DNA of 64,000 bases from NCBI GenBank assembly GCA_041740815.1, contig JBGSLG010000041.1, positions 555 through 64,554 of the forward strand, read 5' to 3'. This document shows, in pieces, positions 60,370 to 64,000 of the stretch; positions within the stretch are counted from its first letter, which is position 1; each line of letters begins with the position of its first letter. This stretch comes from Bacteroidales bacterium. Lineage in GTDB: Bacteria > Bacteroidota > Bacteroidia > Bacteroidales > VadinHA17. The translations under genes were made by a program, and so were the position numbers. Under the pieces are notes generated by a model. It ran no database searches. It saw nothing but the letters and a program-made list of their open reading frames with translations, and had not been told where the DNA came from.

Positions 60370-61908
60370 ATGGCTATCTTTGCGCTCAGAGAAAAGAAGA
60401 TGTTTCCAGCGGAATTTCTGAAACGGATAGGAGAACAGTCCTATATTGATGCGCAGGGTCTTGAAGAGGCTCTGAGTCAGCCATCGGGGGCCTCGGTAAG
60501 GGTCAATCCGCACAAATGGCCGCATCCTGTTTCAGGATATGAGAAGGTGGTATGGGAGCCGAATGGTTATTATCTACCCGGGAAGAGGCCCTTCACACTG
60601 GATCCTCTGTTTCATGCAGGAGTATTTTATCCGCAGGAGTCTTCGAGTATGTTTACAGGTGAGCTCTTCCGCCAGTTCACCTCCGGGATGACCGGTCTGC
60701 GGGTGCTTGACCTGTGCGGGGCTCCCGGAGGTAAGTCAACACATCTGTCGGCTATTCTTGCGGGCCATGGTCTGATTGCAGGTGGCGGTCTTCATGCCAG
60801 CGACGGCCTCCAGGTTGGTGCCGGCCTTTCTGCCGGTCCCCTTCTTCCATCGGGTGACGGTCTGCTGGTTGGTGCCGGCCTTTCTGCCAGCCACCCTCTT
60901 CCATCGGGTGATAACCTGCTCGTTGCCAACGAGGTCATCAGGGCCAGGGCGGCTGTGCTGGCGGAGAACATCACCAAATGGGGAATTGGAAATACAATCG
61001 TCACCCAGAGTGACCCGGCCCGATTTGCCGCCATGGAAGGTTTCTTCGATGTGATCGTAGCGGATGCACCATGCTCAGGAGAGGGTATGTTCCGGTCTGA
61101 GGGTGCCGTCAGGGAGTGGTCTGGCCAGAATGCCAGGCTATGCAGCGAACGGCAGCGCAGGATTGTTATGGAGGCCTGGCCTGCACTGAAGGCCGGCGGA
61201 ATACTGATTTACTCAACCTGTACATTCAATCCCGCTGAAAATGAGGAGAACATCTTCCGGATCAGGGAGAACACAGGTGCTGAGTCGCTGACGGCAGACA
61301 TTCCTGACGGGAGTGGGATCACCGCTATCAGCCATGAAGGAATCACCGGCTACGGCTTCCACCCGGGAAAAGTGAAGGGCGAGGGGTTCTTCATTGCCGC
61401 CCTGAGAAAGCCGGCAGGCGCCGGCAGAGCTATCCGTGATGGCCGAAGGGGTACGCTGAAGGCATCAGCTTCAGCATTTGAGAAGGCAGAGTCACTTGCC
61501 TCCTTTGACCGTGAGAGGCTTGTCATGGCAGATAACAGGATCATTGCACTGGCAGCTGATCCTCATATATTTAATTATATTACTGAAAGAGTGACGGTGA
61601 TAAAATCAGGCACAATGATCGGGGAGATGAAGAACAATGATCTTGTGCCGGCTCATGACCTGGCCATGTCAGTGCGGCAAAAGCGTGTCGCATGGCCTGA
61701 ATATGAACTTACCCGAGATGAGGCTGTGGCATTCCTGAGGCTTGAACAGCTGCCTGCTGCAAATATGCCTGCAGGACGGGTACTTGTATGTCACCGTGGC
61801 GTTCCGCTGGGGTTTGTGAAGAACCTCGGGAGCAGGGTCAACAACGGCTACCCTCAGTCATGGCGAATCCGTATGGAGAATCAGCAGGGCTTTCGTGAAA
61901 TTTTATAA
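60370..61908 (+). CDS. RsmB/RsmF-type rRNA cytosine-C5 methyltransferase carrying a repeat insertion
   Basis: Motifs DLCGAPGGKSTHL, LLVANE, DAPCSGEGMFR and YSTCTFNPAENE. The likely true start is the ATG at 60400 (MFPAEFLKRI), just downstream of the terminator. Confidence 0.8.
   Translation: MAIFALREKKMFPAEFLKRIGEQSYIDAQGLEEALSQPSGASVRVNPHKWPHPVSGYEKVVWEPNGYYLPGKRPFTLDPLFHAGVFYPQESSSMFTGELFRQFTSGMTGLRVLDLCGAPGGKSTHLSAILAGHGLIAGGGLHASDGLQVGAGLSAGPLLPSGDGLLVGAGLSASHPLPSGDNLLVANEVIRARAAVLAENITKWGIGNTIVTQSDPARFAAMEGFFDVIVADAPCSGEGMFRSEGAVREWSGQNARLCSERQRRIVMEAWPALKAGGILIYSTCTFNPAENEENIFRIRENTGAESLTADIPDGSGITAISHEGITGYGFHPGKVKGEGFFIAALRKPAGAGRAIRDGRRGTLKASASAFEKAESLASFDRERLVMADNRIIALAADPHIFNYITERVTVIKSGTMIGEMKNNDLVPAHDLAMSVRQKRVAWPEYELTRDEAVAFLRLEQLPAANMPAGRVLVCHRGVPLGFVKNLGSRVNNGYPQSWRIRMENQQGFREIL
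60802..60909 (+). repeat. In-frame 54-bp tandem repeat (2 copies, 47/54 identical) inside the methyltransferase gene
   Basis: Hand alignment of 60802-60855 against 60856-60909 gives 7 mismatches. They encode DGLQVGAGLSAGPLLPSG and DGLLVGAGLSASHPLPSG. Confidence 0.85.
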
Positions 61909-62000
61909 ATCCACGTTTGTTGAACTAAACTTTCACAATAGTTAATTGTTCTTTTTGAAATGAATTAAATCTTAAATTTATCCCAGACATCTAAATACCT

Positions 62001-63671
62001 ATGAAGACTGACATTGAGATTGCCCAGAGCGCTGTGATAAGGCCCATCATTGAGGTTGCCGGAAAGCTTGGCCTTACAGAGGATGATCTTGAGCTTTACG
62101 GAAAGTACAAAGCCAAGATGCCACTGTCGCTCATTGATGAGAAGAAGGTCGCAAGGGCGAAGTTAATCCTTGTTACCGCCATCACCCCCACCCCCGCCGG
62201 TGAGGGAAAGACAACAACATCCATCGGGCTCGCTCAGGGTCTTAACCTTTTAGGAAAAAAAGCAACAGTCGTTTTACGCGAACCATCCCTCGGTCCGGTA
62301 TTCGGTATCAAGGGCGGTGCAGCCGGCGGCGGTTTCTCGCAGGTGATACCGATGGAAGATATCAACCTCCATTTTACAGGAGATCTCTCAGCGGTGGAGA
62401 AGGCTCATAATCTTCTCTCGGCAATGATTGACAACAATATACAGGCTGGTGAAGGCAATCTGGGCATTGACCCGCGTACTATTTCATGGAAGAGGGTAAT
62501 GGACATGAATGACCGTGCTCTCAGGGATATTGTCATTGGTCTGGGCGGAACCACCCAGGGTATTCCCAGGGAGACCGGTTTTGATATTACTGCAGCCTCC
62601 GAGGTGATGGCAATCTTGTGTCTCGCCACAGGCATCAGTGACCTGAAGACCCGTCTGGGCAATATTTTCATTGGTTACACTTATGCAGGCAAGCCGGTCT
62701 TTGCCCGCGACCTCAAGGCGCAGGGAGCCATGGCCGCCCTGCTCAAGGAGGCGCTAAAGCCCAACCTCGTCCAGACACTCGAGGGCACCCCTGCAATCAT
62801 ACATGGCGGACCCTTTGCAAACATCGCACAGGGAACCAACTCCATACTTGCAACAAAGATGGGTCTTTCCCTCAGTGATTATGTTGTCACTGAAGCCGGT
62901 TTTGCCAGCGAGCTCGGAGCTGAGAAATTCTTCAATATCAAGTCGCAGGTCGGCAAGCTCAAGACCAATGCCGTAGTCATAGTGGCCACTATCAGGGCTC
63001 TTAAATACCATGGCGGGGTCAAGCTGTCTGAGCTTGGCAAGGAGAATATTGAAGCCCTCGGCAAAGGATTCGAGAACCTCGACAAGCACATCGAGAACAT
63101 GCACTATTACGGTTTCCGGCCCGTGGTGGCCGTCAACCGTTTCAGCTCCGACACTGATGCTGAGGTAGAGCTTCTGAAAAAATACTGTGAAGAACACAAC
63201 GTCAGGGTTGCCGTCAATACCGCATGGGCTGACGGGGGAAAAGGGGCTGCCGAGCTGGCCGCTGCAGTCATCGAAGCTACTGAAGCCTGCACTGACTGTT
63301 TCACTCCGCTCTATGATCTCTCATGGCCGCTTGAGAAAAAGATTGAGACCATTACTACTCTCATGTACGGAGCCAGGAATGTTGAATACACTCTGGAAGC
63401 CAAAGATCAGCTGAAGAAGATCACTGAGCTGGGACTGGGAAATCTTGCCGTATGCATTGCCAAGACCCAGAAGTCGCTCTCCGACGACCAGACAAGGCGC
63501 AACAGGCCCAGGGATTTCACTATACGCATCCGTAAGGTGGAGCTCTCGTCAGGAGCAGGGTTCATTGTCCCCATTGCAGGTGCAATCATGCGCATGCCGG
63601 GGCTGCCAACGGTGCCCTCAGCCGAGAAGATTGACATCGACGACAACGGCCAGATAAGCGGGTTATTCTGA
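62001..63671 (+). CDS. fhs: Formate--tetrahydrofolate ligase
   Basis: 556 aa with PTPAGEGKTTTSIGL and full-length resemblance to FTHFS. Confidence 0.95.
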   Translation: MKTDIEIAQSAVIRPIIEVAGKLGLTEDDLELYGKYKAKMPLSLIDEKKVARAKLILVTAITPTPAGEGKTTTSIGLAQGLNLLGKKATVVLREPSLGPVFGIKGGAAGGGFSQVIPMEDINLHFTGDLSAVEKAHNLLSAMIDNNIQAGEGNLGIDPRTISWKRVMDMNDRALRDIVIGLGGTTQGIPRETGFDITAASEVMAILCLATGISDLKTRLGNIFIGYTYAGKPVFARDLKAQGAMAALLKEALKPNLVQTLEGTPAIIHGGPFANIAQGTNSILATKMGLSLSDYVVTEAGFASELGAEKFFNIKSQVGKLKTNAVVIVATIRALKYHGGVKLSELGKENIEALGKGFENLDKHIENMHYYGFRPVVAVNRFSSDTDAEVELLKKYCEEHNVRVAVNTAWADGGKGAAELAAAVIEATEACTDCFTPLYDLSWPLEKKIETITTLMYGARNVEYTLEAKDQLKKITELGLGNLAVCIAKTQKSLSDDQTRRNRPRDFTIRIRKVELSSGAGFIVPIAGAIMRMPGLPTVPSAEKIDIDDNGQISGLF

Positions 63672-64000
63672 AAAAGCTGTATCCTGAGATATCGGCTGCC
63701 GTGCTTGCAGGAGGCAGGGCAACACGTTTCGGCGGCATCAACAAAGCCCTGATCGAGATAGACGGCATTCCAATCATCAGCCGTACCGCGGCTCTTCTGA
63801 GGCCACTGTTCAGCGAGATAATTATTGCAGGCTGGCCCGAAGGAAGTCCTCTTCCTCCGGGTTTCCGCGCCGTTGCAGACAATTTCCCTGGACTTGGACC
63901 CCTGGGAGGCATCGAAGCGGCAATGAAGGTTTCCGCCTCACCTTATCTGTTTGTTTTCGGAGGAGATATGCCCTGGCTCTCTCAGGATCTGATAAGGACA
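63671..64000 (+). CDS. mobA: MobA-like molybdenum cofactor guanylyltransferase / NTP-transferase (5' part; runs off the window; start codon unresolved)
   Basis: My own translation of the frame starting at 63671 gives KKLYPEISAAVLAGGRATRFGGINKALIEIDG...FPGLGPLGGIEAA...FGGDMPW, which carries the MobA hallmarks LAGGxxxRxGGxxK and PGxGPLxG. It is missing from the ORF track because no stop lies within the window. Confidence 0.55.

Noticed and set aside
60776-61054. ORFs 60776..61054 (+) and 60792..61034 (-) across the 54-bp repeat region
   Set aside because: They are alternative-frame or antisense readings of the methyltransferase gene. The methyltransferase frame carries the conserved catalytic motifs on both sides of the repeat.

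Overview
This 64-kb window looks like a Bacteroidota chromosome. The evidence is a FISUMP-domain lipoprotein, a serine-palmitoyltransferase-type enzyme, a NUDIX-type AraR-like regulator inside an arabinose cluster, a CarbopepD-type TonB-family barrel and a DUF1080/Gfo-Idh-MocA pair. I support about 50 protein genes. By eye I found no rRNA, tRNA, CRISPR array, integrase, transposase or recognisable defence genes.

The left ~27 kb is AT-rich and looks accessory. It carries esterases, a LytS/LytTR pair, a methyltransferase + hybrid histidine kinase + receiver module, an ECF sigma factor, a CPBP protease, an aldehyde dehydrogenase, alpha/beta hydrolases, and a SnoaL/porin/SDR/FAD-oxidoreductase/ABC-2 cluster.

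The right ~37 kb is clearly GC-richer. It carries GreA-like, PQQ-dehydrogenase, YeiH, spt+SDR and typA genes, then a five-gene two-component operon bracketed by two Gln-rich low-complexity secreted proteins. It also holds a complete L-arabinose locus (SSF transporter, araA, NUDIX regulator, araD, araB, two GH127 genes, mutarotase), a DUF1080/Gfo/GH3 trio, a short CDF transporter, an rRNA m5C methyltransferase, fhs and a partial mobA-like gene.

The most unusual signals are not ordinary genes:
1. Two arrays of phase-locked heptanucleotide repeats (core CAGTC/GACTG) bracket the arabinose locus with inverted symmetry.
2. The Gln-rich protein / beta-barrel / RR / HK / Gln-rich protein operon.
3. 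A phcBSR-like methyltransferase-kinase-receiver module flanked by direct copies of a hairpin element.
4. A compositional step near 27.03 kb that falls in a 17-bp gap between two co-oriented genes.
5. An in-frame 54-bp tandem repeat inserted into the catalytic fold of the m5C methyltransferase.

All functional calls come from motif recognition by eye. No searches were run.
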